Assembly (NCBI RefSeq): GCF_037042905.1
Contig: NC_087256.1
Location: 11,098,001 to 11,162,000, forward strand
Origin: Lytechinus pictus
Lineage: Eukaryota
DNA: 64,000 bases
Direction: 5' to 3'
Below are positions 35,901 to 50,900 of this stretch, in pieces; positions within the stretch are counted from its first letter, which is position 1, and each line of letters starts with the position of its first letter. The notes under the pieces are model-generated. The model had not been told where the DNA came from. It searched no databases and saw nothing but the letters and a program-made list of their open reading frames with translations. The position numbers were made by a program, and so were the translations under genes.

Positions 35901-38900
35901 ATATAACGTGATGTGTAAATCAATAGAAAAATAGTAGGAAAGCAGTAAAATATCACAAAAACATGGAGTCCACGTGGTATGCGTAAAAAGCGTAATCAAT
36001 GAAATACTTGTATCAAAAAGTTTTCAATTATATCCCTCTGGTTTGGCGAGTTCACCTACCTTCATATAGGGTGGTAAATGGAAAAAACTTGTCCGGTGTA
36101 TTTGGGGAACAGAATAGACAGACAATCGAGTAAATAAGATAATTGTCAAGTGCAATATAAATTGATCAAATCCAGGCAGGAAATTGTGTCTAAACTCTCC
36201 ACCAAGTAAGGACAGTTTGAGATTGGAAACAGACTGCCATCAAAGAGCCGTTTTTTCACGAAAGAATCGAGCAGAATTGTCGTCATTTTGGGATGATTAA
36301 TGGTGAACCCCGTTTGACATTCACTATCTTGCTTTTGTCTTGTCCTGATCTTCTTCAGAACACGTCATTGATTATTTTATTCAGCTATAAACGTGGATAG
36401 GGGGCTGAATCAGATTCGACATTGAACGCGGGTAATATAACTAGACATTTCCCTATACTTCAATAAACCATTTTCAAAGACTGTAAAACTGAATGTAACT
36501 CAGTCACTTTTCGACATATTTTGACACCAATAAAAAAAACTTTTTAGTCTATAGGTTAATTATCTGCTGATGTATGATTTTAATTCATAATAAAAAAATA
36601 ATAATATAGATCACTATATTCTTAGAAAGTTATTGATGGCGATATTCACCCCTGTAACGAAAACCGTTTCATGTGCACTCTCAAACGATGTACTCAAATT
36701 TAAACTGATAAAATATAATTATAAGAGGGACGAGTCATAATTTTTTCTTAATAAAAAAATTAATTAGGGTAAAAAAATCTCTTTTCAATTAAACGGTTGG
36801 AATCTATTCATTTTTAAAAGAATATATAATTTCTTTAAAAGCGAAATTCTATTAAAATGATGATCTGATCACTAATAATGCATTTATTCGAATTTAATGC
36901 GTTGTAAATGAAATATTAACTAAAAGAACTATAACGAAAGTTATAATGGTAATGGCAATGAGCAGGAATGCAATTTACTATTGAAGACAAGGTCTATGAG
37001 AGCATTACTCATCGCATGCCTCGTCCTATTTTTATATCATGTCGGAATTATGCTCATACCACAAAGCGTTTGAATTGGGAAGAAAAGACTTCACATGTTA
37101 AACAGATACAATATGTCACCTCATCGTCCTACTTCTATTAATTAGCGAAGGAAGAAGGCCTGTGATGGTCTGTAGCATTGCCCGAAGGCTTACATGTCAG
37201 GGGAGACCTGCTTGGTTACAGTACCATGTATAGAGTTGGTCATAGCTTGCTCATAGCTCACACCTTCATTAAGGAAAGGGCAGTAATTAACGACTGTCTT
37301 CCTATGTCACTTTGACTGATATGGCGCGCGCGCGGGAAAATAATTATAGAAGCAAATTCATACAGAGCGTATCCCCGTGTTCCCAACAGACGATGATGCT
37401 GCGCTATCGTGTCTAACTTATTACTTTCCGTAATTCATCAACTTACTGGAGACAGAATATAATTACATACCACCACCATATTCGAATTAAACACTTCTGT
37501 TTATGAGTATGATAGCCATTCCGTACTCCATCCTTTATTGTTAATTCATTATTGGTGAATGATTATTTGTAACTCTTCTAGTTCATATTCATCGGGGGTT
37601 TATTTTTTCTTTCCACAAAGGAATGGAAGTGAATTACCTAGACAAAAGAACCTCACATATTTCTGTATCATCATAAGTCTTCACAAGTCATCTATAGGCC
37701 GATTGACATAGTGGCCAAAAGAGAACTGAATTAAAAATGAAATAAAGTACGTTATATCGATTAAGAACACCAGTTTTTATTTTATTACATCATCATAATC
37801 TTAAGAAATTAAAAGAATTGGGCTTAAGACAGAGTTCAATCCTGGTTCATTGTTTCATAAAACTTTAAGATAACATTAAAAAAAAAGAATGCTGAAATCG
37901 TGGAATATGACTGGTATATAGAGTCAGCTTTTGCCATACCATGGAACCTAGTCGGATCCATGGTCATACTTTAGAAATGTAACGTTTGTAATGATATTTC
38001 ATGAAAGGGTCGAAAGGCGATGGAATTGCATCTTGAACTATTGGGACTCATTTGGTAAACACATATCGAGAAATAATCTATTCCAATGCGCTCTATTATT
38101 GTTACAATGTACTCTTCCATAATTCCATTTCGCTAATATGGAGGAACACATCCAGGTCAAGGATTGTGAGCTCACTCAGCAACTTTGCAATAAACTTTTA
38201 TCCCACCACTGTATACTCATGCCGCCACATGACCATCTGAGTATAGGAGTAATTTTCAGTGTTCTACCAAACTCTAACATGTCGAAATCGACACTATCAA
38301 TTAAAAAAAACACAGATCTTTAATGCAAGTTTTTAAAAATACATTTAAAATGTATTGGAATACAAATGAAACTGGAATAGAGAGATGCATCTTGTACGAG
38401 TTGCGTGACTGTGATAGAGGTTATGACATTGGCTACCGTTTATTGACCCCTTGTTATCTTATACCAAACATTTTAAACCGAATGAGATGGCATAGCAAAC
38501 AAAACACGCCGAGATAAAACAAAGGAATTGGTCGTCCGAATTTACAAAGCGGTCAATATTCAAAGCTATCGCACTTTATCCAGAAGCACTTCATAAATTC
38601 GAGACGAAATTATCACTTCGCTTACCATCCTAATTTGCAGAAAACTTCTCGTATTTGCCAACTACTGCTATTTGACTACAACTGTACCTAACTATATCAA
38701 TTGATGATCAGTGCTATCTTGATAAGGGGGTGGAGTTGAAAGGAGGGTCCGACTTTAATGACTGCTTTTCTAAACATTTGTTGTGTCTTCATCCTTCAGT
38801 ATTAACATATCCCATTATTTACCCTGATTTTAATTGGATCGATGGGGCAAACTAAATCATGCATAAAACTTTGCCAACTATTCTTGTTAATTTCAACGTG

Positions 38901-41900
38901 ACCATGCACAACTTAATGAAATTTCGAATTTGGTGGCAAATTGAGGCTGACTTGTTTTTACTGTGTAACGTATACATCTCAGCCGAGCCAAAATTGTCTT
39001 TATTATGTGTCAATTGTATGATCCCCAAGCGACTAGCAAATCATAAGGATCGATAATGATGTTTGATCATTCGGCATTATTACTTATAATCATTCCTCAC
39101 ATAACCTTGTTCATGATAAGTAGTTCAGATAAATTACATTTATTAATTTTATTTAAAGTATAATTACTTATTCTCTTGTTCAAAACTAATAAGGACTAAT
39201 ACTAATTAGCATAACCCAAAACTATTATCCAAAGTGTGGTAGAAAAGTATACCCTCTTCCTTTCCTTGTTTACGCCTAAAATGTACAAACCATCTTTCTG
39301 ACTTGCTTTATTCATTCAAACTCTTCTGCCCCCATCGGTTAGGTTCTTTCTATGATAATTTCTTGTAATGATTTTATATCATAAAACCACATTCACACAT
39401 GGAATAATGGGAAAATTACTACTACCAACACTGTAAAAAAATATTGGGTAAAATTTTTACCACCACGAGGGTAATTATGTGTCCAACCAATTTTGGGCAG
39501 TATTTTACCCAATGCGAGAAGCATATTGCCCAGTAAGGTTAAAAAATAAGCAGCAATTACTTTAGAATGGGCAAAATTTTCATCACACTGGATAAATCAA
39601 AAATACCCAAAAGAAATGCCCAAATGTTGGTTGGAAACATAATTACCCTCATGGAGCACTTTTACCCAATATGTTTTAGAGTGAACACAATAATGATACC
39701 CCACCCCCAACTTCCGATTCCGCTCTCGTACAACATGTACAAATCCAATTAAAAGTGTTTGTACTTATGAGATATACCAATAAGACCAATAAGGGGGTCA
39801 GCTAGTACCCCTGGTGGTAAAAACATGCCCCCTTTTCACACTGTATTACTATGACTTGACAGTTTGTTTCAAATTGGGCCTCCTGTTATGAAGCCCCCCT
39901 ATACAAACGCCCCTACCTCTTTACGTGTCTTTGTTATAAATCCTTCCATTGTCTACACGTAGGTGATAAGTGTTGTTGGGGAAGCAATAGAAATCAGAAT
40001 ATAGCTCGGGTCTGTATCCAATCCTTTCTTCATCCATCCATCTCGCTTTGGGGCAAAATTCGATAGACTTAATACCCTAAGCAAATTATACATCTAGTTG
40101 TTACGTGGGGAAGGAAGTAGGGATAACTGGAGGTAAATATTCTTTGTTCGGGTTTTGTTTGGAAAATATATGATTTTTCCAATCTTCGTCATTTCATATT
40201 TTTTTAATGAAAGTTCTCACCCTCCTCCACCACCCCCTTCATCTGCCTTACCCCCCCCCCCCTCAGCCATTTCCAGTACCCTTCTTTTAGATATTAACAT
40301 TCAATCTCCCCTATTAAAATCTTCCTCTATTCAACCAACCTGGTCCTTCAAATATCTGAAAACTCTCTTCTATGATACATTGCCACTCAGTCTCAAATAA
40401 CAACTTCTCTGTATTTCTTGTAACTTTTGTCACCCCATCCCCATATAGTTTTGACTGTTTTCCCCAAAACATATCGAATGGAACGATCCTTCACTAACGC
40501 TATGTTTTAGTAACAGTGTCTATCTAATTCAAAGTTAATTAAATACACACGATCGACCTCAAGATTATCATCATTGTCGTCAAAATGGATACTTGACCAA
40601 ACCCCAAAAAAAAGCAATATTCTGATTTTTTATTTATATATATATTTTTTTTGGGGGGGGGGGTTGCAATGCAATTTAATCACAACTGCGCTCACAATTA
40701 AAACTATGAAACAGAAAATGGAAAGTGAAAATAACCCAAAACAAAGATAGAAGAAACAGGAACATGAACATAAAAAATCAAGCTGGTTAGTAATGGGTTA
40801 CTCTAAAATTAAACGCAGATTACAAAGAGAGCAATAACGGTAAGCACCAATTCATAACTCAATGCTCAAACAAATAATATTACGCAACGTAGGAAACCAC
40901 GTACTTAACGTTTATCGATTTATTACCATACAGAGTATTTTAGTGCACTTCCGTGGGATGAGAAGCGAACGAAAATCGTTATTTTAACACCAATCAACAA
41001 ATATATATAGCCCTTAAAGTATATCAGCTATGATATATTCATAAACCCATCAACTTATCCATTGCTTACTTTCTATTGATTGCTTTTAGTCGTTCGTTTA
41101 GTTCTATTGATTTCCATCACTTAATAAGTATATCAAATGCCAATCACTGGTTGGTTGGTCAATCAATTATATCAAGTCTGGTCGCCGTTAGCGTTTATTC
41201 CATCGGAATATTATACAAATATCCAATTTCGTTAAAACCTTTTGTTAAACTTTTCATTATCTATATATTTTTTCTGCTTAAAACAATGACAAATTGTGGA
41301 GCGAGGGCTAACTTTCCTGACATTCGTAAATGTATTTTGCTATGAAAATGGGTTCTTCAATCTTACAATGGGTAATACTAAAGATTTTAATACTTTACAT
41401 TGTTTTAAATACTTCTGTGTTATGATTCCCTCTTTCATTAAGGATCCTTTTAAAGCTGCCATCACTTTATTCTTATTTTTTTATCTGCTCTCACGACTGG
41501 TCAAATGTAGGCAGACCTGTCAATCAATCTGTCCCCACTTAGTAGGTATAAGTAGAAGGTACACAAAATCCAATACACCATTAAACGACTGTCAGACGGT
41601 CACAGACAATGGAGAGGTACATCTTTAGACCCCTCCGTTACCCATTATAATAGATCCACACACCTTCATCAAAACCACGGTAGTTTCTTGTCACTTCCCA
41701 TCAAATGGCCCTATTTGTCATTATCTCTCATTGTCTTGCCCATTAAAAGTTTGTTTAACAACGACCAAGTTACAACCATCCCACTAAAGTACTGCGCATA
41801 GGTTTTGCTTACTTAGTTGCTTAACGCACATTATGGACGCTGGACGCCCGTCATAACTTTTATCTCCGAAAAACATATTTGCCTAAAATGTAACGTCGTG

Positions 41901-44900
41901 AGAACGACACCAAAATAAGGAGACAATCAAGACAAAAGAACCACTAACAAGATTGACAAATGTATGACTGCCCATTGCTTTGGATAATGACTGAATTCTA
42001 ATGCCATTTCCGCTGGCGAGGATGCAGAAGATGGCCCAATGTTTATTTTTTAAACAATCGCACTATCGATTTCTCTTGTCTCAGTGCAAGTGGGCAACAA
42101 GCAATCCAGATTGTTAGAGCAACAAGATACTTTTATTGAAATTGACGTGCCAAAAGAAAGACCCATATTGCTAGACAGATATGGCATAATGTATTTTAAA
42201 TTTATTTTATGAAATCGATAGTTGAATGACTATTCCCATTGTTGCAGTGTAACGGGTTACCGGATACAGTCTCGTCTTTTACGAGAAGCAGACGACACTA
42301 TACGCATCGCGCGTCCGCTCAAAAAATACGAATCATTTTTTTTTAATGAGCGCGTAATTAGCTCAATTCCGCTCTCAAATAACAGTCTAGAAATCGATGA
42401 GAAAGTTGGCAAATATTGCTCTGAATAAACAGTTTGGATAAAACGATGATGGGTTGATTGATAGATGTCAGGCATTGTCAGGTATCAGAATTGGCGACGA
42501 GTTAGGTCGCTAATTAAGAGCATGCATGTCTTTACTTTCAGCAAAAAACAAGCTTGCGAGAGGAGATATTTTATTTAAATAAACATTGTCCAATCTTACA
42601 GGCGTCCGATACCAGTAATCATCGGCTCCAGAATAATGACATTACCTAATGAAATCTTTAGCCATAGTTAAATAAACTCTATGGACAGTTGATAATTGGC
42701 ATCCAAATTGTACGTTGTGTGCCACTTTTAATAAGTGCAAATTTCTGGTACAATTTTGATGTTGCGCTAATTTTTTTTAATCAATAAGTTAGGATTAATA
42801 TCTTAGAAGTTTACCGACAGAGCGACTCCGTTCAATGCAAAAATGTCTTAAGTTTATAGATGGTAATGTCAAAAATAGAAATAGACATCACAGTACATAA
42901 AGATCTGAAGAGGGAGTATTCAATGAATAGCAACAAAATAATGTAGGGAGGAGATAATGGAGAATCAAAAGTGTTGGCTTATTCTTCCTAAAACAATCAA
43001 GTTATTAATTGTGGAAAATACATTATTTATCTAAATAAAAAATGTTCGATGCTTCATCAAATACTGGAAAATATTCATTATTGTTCGCATTTTGTCGTTA
43101 GACGTTAAATTATGAAAGAAAAAAAAACCATTGGTTTGTCGTCGACCGCACAGAAACCTTAACTTCATTTTGTACACATGGCAAAGGAATTTATTACTAT
43201 ATTTTGTCATGTTTGTACGTTCTTATCCCTGAAAATCCATAAATCCTGAAACAACGAAAAAATAAATGCGTGCTTTTTTATCAGAGTTCTATGAGAAATT
43301 ACAAAATGAAAACCTACCAATTATCATGAGTGACTCATGATAATTTGTAGTACGCCTCCCTGAAAATAAAAAATACCAATGTGAGTTGGAAGGAATGGTA
43401 AAGCTAATAAAGGTCACGAAACGACAATATTAACAAAGATATCTTACGGTTTAAACCTTTAAATACTCTTTTTTCTTTTCTATGAAGCTCTACATTGAGA
43501 TCCTATGTCATTTTATCCAAACAAATTACTTCCCTATATATTATGTTAAAGATAGCAATGTTATGAAATTATTCAACTAGAAATTTAATTCCTGTGTATA
43601 TATAAGAGTTCATAAATACTTAATACATTTCCTGGTATTTCATTTGAAGTATGGCCTACTGTATATTAAAATCAAACTATTTGACACACAATTACACCCT
43701 TTTCTATAACAGTGATCTTTTCAATGAAGAGTGTATTTTATTTAGTAACTAAAACTTATCGATTCAAACTACTTTTGAAATATTTAACCAAATCCCAAAA
43801 TCCGACTTGATCTAAAGTATTTTATAGTGTTGAGCCCGTTACACGTGTGTTTGTGTGTGTTGGGTGGTTCTCTTCTCTCTCTCACTCTCCCCCCCCCCCC
43901 CCCCCCCCTTTACCACTCAACTCGGTCCTTCCTCTCTATACAGCTCGACCCCGCCCCTCTCACTCACACCAAAGGGTACCGCGCGGCGCGTGGATAGACC
44001 TGATAAAACCCTCCACGCGGAAACGAGCAGTCACGGAAACGATACTACAAGCTAACGTATCTTTCTACCATTTGTAAATGCCATTTAGAGGCCAATTGGG
44101 TGTTATTGTTGAGGATAATTGTGTCTATTGGGCTCGTCTGATAAGCTCAACAGCGGAAATTATCCAAAGCGAAACGACGTCCTCTGTCCCTTTCTAGCAA
44201 TACAAAAACTAAGATGGATAGTAAGGATATAATGTTTTAGGGGGAAAGACAAAAGAAAAAGACAATATAGTTGGCCGTTTCATTGCATTCACGTTTGTTT
44301 GGCTTTTGAAATTCAGTAAACAACGCAGGAAGGTCCGATTAATAATGACTAAATACTGAAAGGATACAAATCAGTTATCCTCATATACTGTTCATATTGT
44401 TATTTTGTAACATTATTTGCATGATATTTAAAAAAAAACATAGCCTGGGCTAATTTTGTGTACCTCATTTTGCTTTTGTTATGTATAACGGTGATATATA
44501 AACATACAGTAACATTTTATGCAATAGGTAAACACCTTCGTTGTAATAAATCCAAACGAAATAAAAGCCAGTATCTGGACGGAGCTGAGTCTCTTTTCGA
44601 TAACTTGTGAAATAACGGCCTCTGTTGTGAGTCATCATGGTTCTGAATTGATTATAGAAACTTCGAATAATTGGAAACAAATGACATAATGAATGATGAA
44701 TAACTTAGAATTGGACTTAGATATTTAGAAAAAAAAACGTATCAATGAAAAATGGAAAATCATTTAGCATGGTTGATTACCCACGTGGGTTTGTATTGCG
44801 GAATCAGGAACAATGGAGGTGTTTTTGGAGACGGTCGCGCGAGACACTCCGCGGTCGCTACCGGCCGAGTACAATGTCAGAGACGCGCTGACTCCACGAA

Positions 44901-47900
44901 GGGAAAATATTGAGATTGTCTCGGTCAAACCCCTTTAAAGAAAAGAAAGAATAGATGGAGAGGAAAGCGAAGGAGAATAGGAAGAAAAGATGGTGGCACA
45001 TCTAGAGTTATAAGGGTAAGGTTGATTGACGGTGGTGTGGAGGAGACTTCCGATGCTGTATGGGACATTGGCCTGAACATCAAGCATTGGAAGGGACTCC
45101 TCTTCCACGAGACTCAAACCTAGTGACGACACTCATAATATGACGACGACTAATTGACGCAATGAACAATACGTCATCAAAATATTAAAAAAGCAAACCT
45201 ACCAATTTGTGTAAAATAATTGCCCCTATCAAACGCCAATCATTTTCTGCAATACTGACTATTTGGATGAAATACACAAAGAACATTAAACGCCCTTACG
45301 GGGCGAGGGGGGGGGGCGTTTTGTGGTCTTCTGTAAATTAAGACAGAGGAACCGTCCAAGGTAGTGATAGCATCATTACTGAAATGATTGCCCAAAAAGG
45401 TGATCACTGTCTTTCGTTGATGGCTAATTGATGGGCCATTTCCGGACCACATGAACTATTGATATGTGAAAAAGAAAATAATACAATTTTTTTTCCCGAT
45501 AATGCAAAACTTATTTTCAACAATCAGTGAATCATTCTATGACGCATGATACAACCTAATAATTTCTGTTTAACATAAAAATTATTGTGCACTTGTATGA
45601 CCTCTGTGTGTGTTTTGTGTTTTTTTTTTTATCAAGGTGTACTAATCAGAAATGATCATTGACGTCTGGATAGGAGCAACAACAACGACAACAAACATGA
45701 TAATAGTGGTAACGATCATAATATAATAAAGGATTGATGGGTAATTGATGTATGGGATATTAAAGATGAAATCATTAATATGACGTCATAATTTTAGGAG
45801 CTTGTAGAAGAATTATGTTGCATAATGAACACAAGAGTCATTCCTAAATCCCTTTCCAATTTAATCCATAATGGGAAGAGAAGTAATACATGTGCATCAA
45901 AACGTATTTCATGATCATACATACATGACATATGGAGAGTAAGAACGGCGAACCTATCTCTATGGATGCTTCTTTGAAATGAAGATATAATTATGTATTG
46001 TGAAAGCAAGTGCAAGCAGTTTTGAGTGCGTAATAAGGAAATGCTAAAATACGCAGTTTCGTAAACATTTATTGGCCAAGTGATACATACATTGATTTCT
46101 TGGTATTCCTGTTGATTCTGAATGAATAGCACTAGAGGACTGTTCAATATTTATGGATCCATTTGTTTATTAATAAGTTCCATGCAAAAACAAAGGGTCA
46201 TGGTTTTTTAGTTGAAGCCCCCACTCCCTCAATCAAATTTCAAGCGCCGTCAGAGTTGTCACGAATCAGGATTCTTTGTCAAATTGTCCGATCATTGTGA
46301 GATCAAAATCACATAGATTTATATATTGCGCTCGCTCACTCGCTCGCTTCGTTCTCACGAGTTTTTTTTTTCTTACCAGCAACGTAATTTCAATTTTAAT
46401 ATTTGTGTTGTAAAATAGATATGTTGCACTGAAAAATATCACCTCATTGCTTTCATTCATCTCGCATCCTTTTTTTTTTATTAATTCATTATACTTATAC
46501 AAATATCCTATTCAACTGTATATCCATTTTAAAGTTTTTAGTTTTTGTGTGTATTTCTGTATTTTTCACAATCTTCCAGATACCCCTTGAGATTATACTG
46601 GTTACTGTTCATTGTAATGACCCTGTTCTATGTCTTGTATGTTTATATTTTTAATGTTTTTCACTAATATTTGTGGTTGTTAGAATTATCATAAACCTGC
46701 TAAGTATTGGTCCTTGGACCTTCGAATCACGTATTTATGTTTTGAAACCGAATGCATAAAATGAATACTTGAATAAAGTGGAAGAGCCTTGGTGTGGTGG
46801 TTCTGACTCTCGCCTTGTAAATAGAGGTGTGTTCGAATCCCACTGCTGTCTAGCGCTCTTTGGCAAGGCGTTAATCCACACTTTGCCACTTTCGACCCAG
46901 GTGCTAAATGGGTACCCGGTAGGATGCAAAAGTTATTGTATGTTTGAATTTGCCAGCGGTCGATGAATGCAAGGAATGCTCCCCAGGGAGTGGAAATTGT
47001 GCACTTTCCGTGCGGGATTGACATGAATAAAAATAATGACCGGGGTAATAATGTGCTGTAAAGCGCTTTGAGCCGTTATGGGAAAAGCGCTTTATAAAAG
47101 CTATCTATTATTCTTATTATTATCAATAAATAAATTAATTAATTAATCAATTTATAAAATGATTCGATCGATCAATCAATTCAATCAATAAATAAATCAG
47201 TCATCATAATCTTTTTTTATAATATCCAGGAAGATGATTTACAATGACACTGTTTAAGTTCTATTATCCAGTGCACTGGTATATATGGTTTTGATGACAA
47301 CACGGCACAGAGGCTCTTCATCCTTTCAACATAACGACCATCTAAATACATTATTCGAGTGGAAATGTAATCAAGACTTCTATATTAAAAGAAGAAAATG
47401 AAAATAATATATAACAAGGGAAAGCGATACAACAAGAAATTCATCTTCTCAAATTTCAGAGTATAAAGTCATATAACGATTACATCCAGTTTAATTACAG
47501 ACCCCTTTTGACGAATGAGAGCATTTTATCTGCTTTATGAGGGTCGCTACTGACAGTTTCGAAAGTAATTAACTTTCATTTAATAAAATGCACATCATAT
47601 ATCCCTTTGAAATGTATCTCACAGTACACTCATAATTAAAAAGAGATTGAAACTATGCTGTGATGGGTAATGATGGTTTGATAATTGATTTTATTAATGA
47701 ATTTGGATGGATTTCGATCGGTGGTGGATTTTCAATATTTGACATTGAAACAAAAGTTATCACTAATGGTTCAATCGCGTCCATCATATCACTTTTTATT
47801 CTCGTTATAATTGACTATTAATATGCTCTAATGAGCTCGTAATACATTTTTCATTTCGATGATTTGAGGCATGACAGGGGCACCTGGAAATAAATGAATT

Positions 47901-50900
47901 ATTAACATGAAAAATAGAGGAACTACAAAATATACCCGGATATAAAAACTGAAAATGCATTGAAATCACTATCAGGGGAAAAATGAAATTCAAACTCTTT
48001 TGAGCTGTTCTATAATTATGGTAAAGCCATTTTCATATTAAGAGGTGTACATATTTATTCGTGTGCACGACTCCTGCACAATTTTCTAATGCGTCTAATG
48101 CAAATATGCTTGCATTATACGTTACCTGGACCCCCAATACGAATTTCTTAGAATCCTTTGTAAATTTTTGTGATTTTTGATTTGTTTTGATAAAACTCAA
48201 ATTAAAAAAAAGTTTTTAGAACTCACAGAAATTAATAAGCCCTAAATATGTTTTGTATACCTATAGGCGTGACGCGCATAGACCTATTTCAGATGATGTT
48301 TTAATATAAAAAGCGATATGCCCCGTAAACATACTGCAACAAGACAGACAAGATCTTGGCCTTTATTTTCTCATTTTGAAATAATAATTTCCTTACAAAT
48401 ATCTCGCCTTTAATCCTCCTTCTCAATTAACTCTAAAGACCCCCATCAATTTGACATTCACCAACGATGTTATACACGTAGCAATCCGGAAACTATAGCT
48501 GAGCCTACTTCACAAGGGGTAGCTTCCGTAATGACCTGTTATTCTCCTGGATAAAATAGTACATGTGGGACTATAGCAGAAAACGTCAACAAGCGGGTGG
48601 GGCCCACGCGACCGACATATAGCCCGCGGCCAGGTCCCCGGGAACTTGTCGGGAGGGAGGGGGTGACTCATCAATAAAAGGCAACTATATGCGTGTCTGG
48701 GGAATACCTTACAGTCAAGTTGAAAACCTCTATTTATCTCTCTAGAGAATCATGTTTTTATACCGTTACGTTGTAGTCTAGACTTAATGATCCTTTTGGT
48801 GGGATAATTACAATCAAAATCGGTTAGGTAAAGTGATTGCCATCCCGACCGACAAATTGGCGTAGGCCTATATAACATTTATTGGGGGTGATAATCGAAA
48901 GCGGATGAAAAATAAAAATCCACTGTTATTTCATTATTTCTAACCAACCATCCAGAAAAAAATTATATTAAAGTAAGGTCTGCAAACAGACTAAAGATGG
49001 ACCATTTTAACGACCAGAAATTGCATGATTTTTTGTCACGATTCTGCGTGCTGAGTTACGCTGCGTATATCTGTGACATCTTGATCAGCTAATAAGAAGT
49101 GACTACAGAACTTCCGTTCAACTATAATACCTACCGACTGATCGCTTTATATTTCATATCATAATTCTTATCTTATGATAACAATCTTAAAACAGTGGTT
49201 TCCGTATCCAAATTATAGATTCTTCAATATCCCTTTTTTTTTTCTTTCTTTGATATTTTTATTAGTCTATTCAGCCTTTAATTCCCTAACCTCAAAATGA
49301 CGAGAAAATTATTGTTCGTTTCATCAATTTCGTTCACCCGTGGGGAAAAGGGTAAAACATAGTTCTATTAAACATGAAGAGTTACTTTGATGAATTAATC
49401 ATCTGCAATATATACCAATACCAGGAAAACTACAGTGCATGCGCTTGACGGACAAGGCTTCGATGTAATGTTGCCACTCTCAACCCATGTTTGGCGGGTC
49501 AAATGGATCAATGTGTTGTTGAATATGTTTTTGCATGTGTCCGACACAAAATAAAGAGTAACCAACTCGACGGTCAGTATTACCAAATTTGTATTGCTTG
49601 TATTACCTACGAGAATATTGGGAGTGCCATTTTTAAAACAATTATTCATGACATTCACCAACGTACATGAGAAGGGCACATTATTATGCAGACACGTGCA
49701 CATGTTGCATACAACTTTTACTAACGAGTTGTGATAAGCTACACACTTAAATTGTTAGGCAACATACTGTCCACTGTGTTGGGTAATGTATGTTGGTAAA
49801 AAATATATATATTCTGGGTAATTATCATTCAATTGAGCAAATTTATTACCAAATTAGTTTTTATTTTCCAATATGGACATATTTTAACCAATAGGCTGTG
49901 TGGACAGTATGTTGCTCAGTGATCATGGTGATGGATAAAAATTGTGCCTTTTTGCCCAACTTTTTAAGAGTATACACAAAATGAGGGGATATGATTCTTT
50001 GAGAACAGATTTTGTCATTGAATCGTAGCATTTGTCCTTGATCATGTTGATATAGTGTCTTGTGTAACAAAACTGATTATTACTTTACATTATAAGCGAA
50101 ACTAAAACGATTTTTTTTAACTGATTAATTTCGCTTTGTCTGTCTAATCATTATTAAAATAAAACTATAACGAGAACTAAAACGGTTCTTAAATAACCAC
50201 AATACGTTAAGGCCTATCTCGCAGTCTTTTCTATAAAAAACAATTGAACACGATTAAAATGCGAAATAACAACGTAACCCCTTTTTCTCAAATATCTTAA
50301 CCATTAACAGAAAAAATAAATGTGTTTTTTGTATTGCAATTACTGAAAAGGGTGTTTCTCGGAAGAATAAGGTGGGTGCATGGGCAAACTATTAATGAAA
50401 GGAAAAATAAACTATTGAAGTATTTCTAAAGATAGCTAATTTCAAATACACTTCAGACATTGTCATTAATTGGAATGAACAGAAAGTGAATTATTTGGCA
50501 GCTATAGGCCGATACATACATTCATGTCAATCGTTGATATTAGTGGGGACAGAAATCGAAAATAGTTCTTGGTGCCGATTAAAAACCTCTCAAAAAACAT
50601 CGAAGCATCCTTGCCACTCAACCTGCTGTTAATTATGTTAATATTTGCCATTGTTGTTGGTTTATAAATGGTGTAAATATATAACTGATTGCCCAGTGTG
50701 TACAATATTGCGAACATTATTTTTGTTTGGATTGATTGATAATCATCCCGATTTGCATTTTAATCACTGTTTAATGTGAATTATAAAACCAAAGAATTGA
50801 ATATTGCATTAACAAACATTTTTACTTTCGTATAGTGTGGGAGGCTATCTAGATAAGATTATAGCAATTCATGGTTTGAATCATTTCATACTTTCACAAT

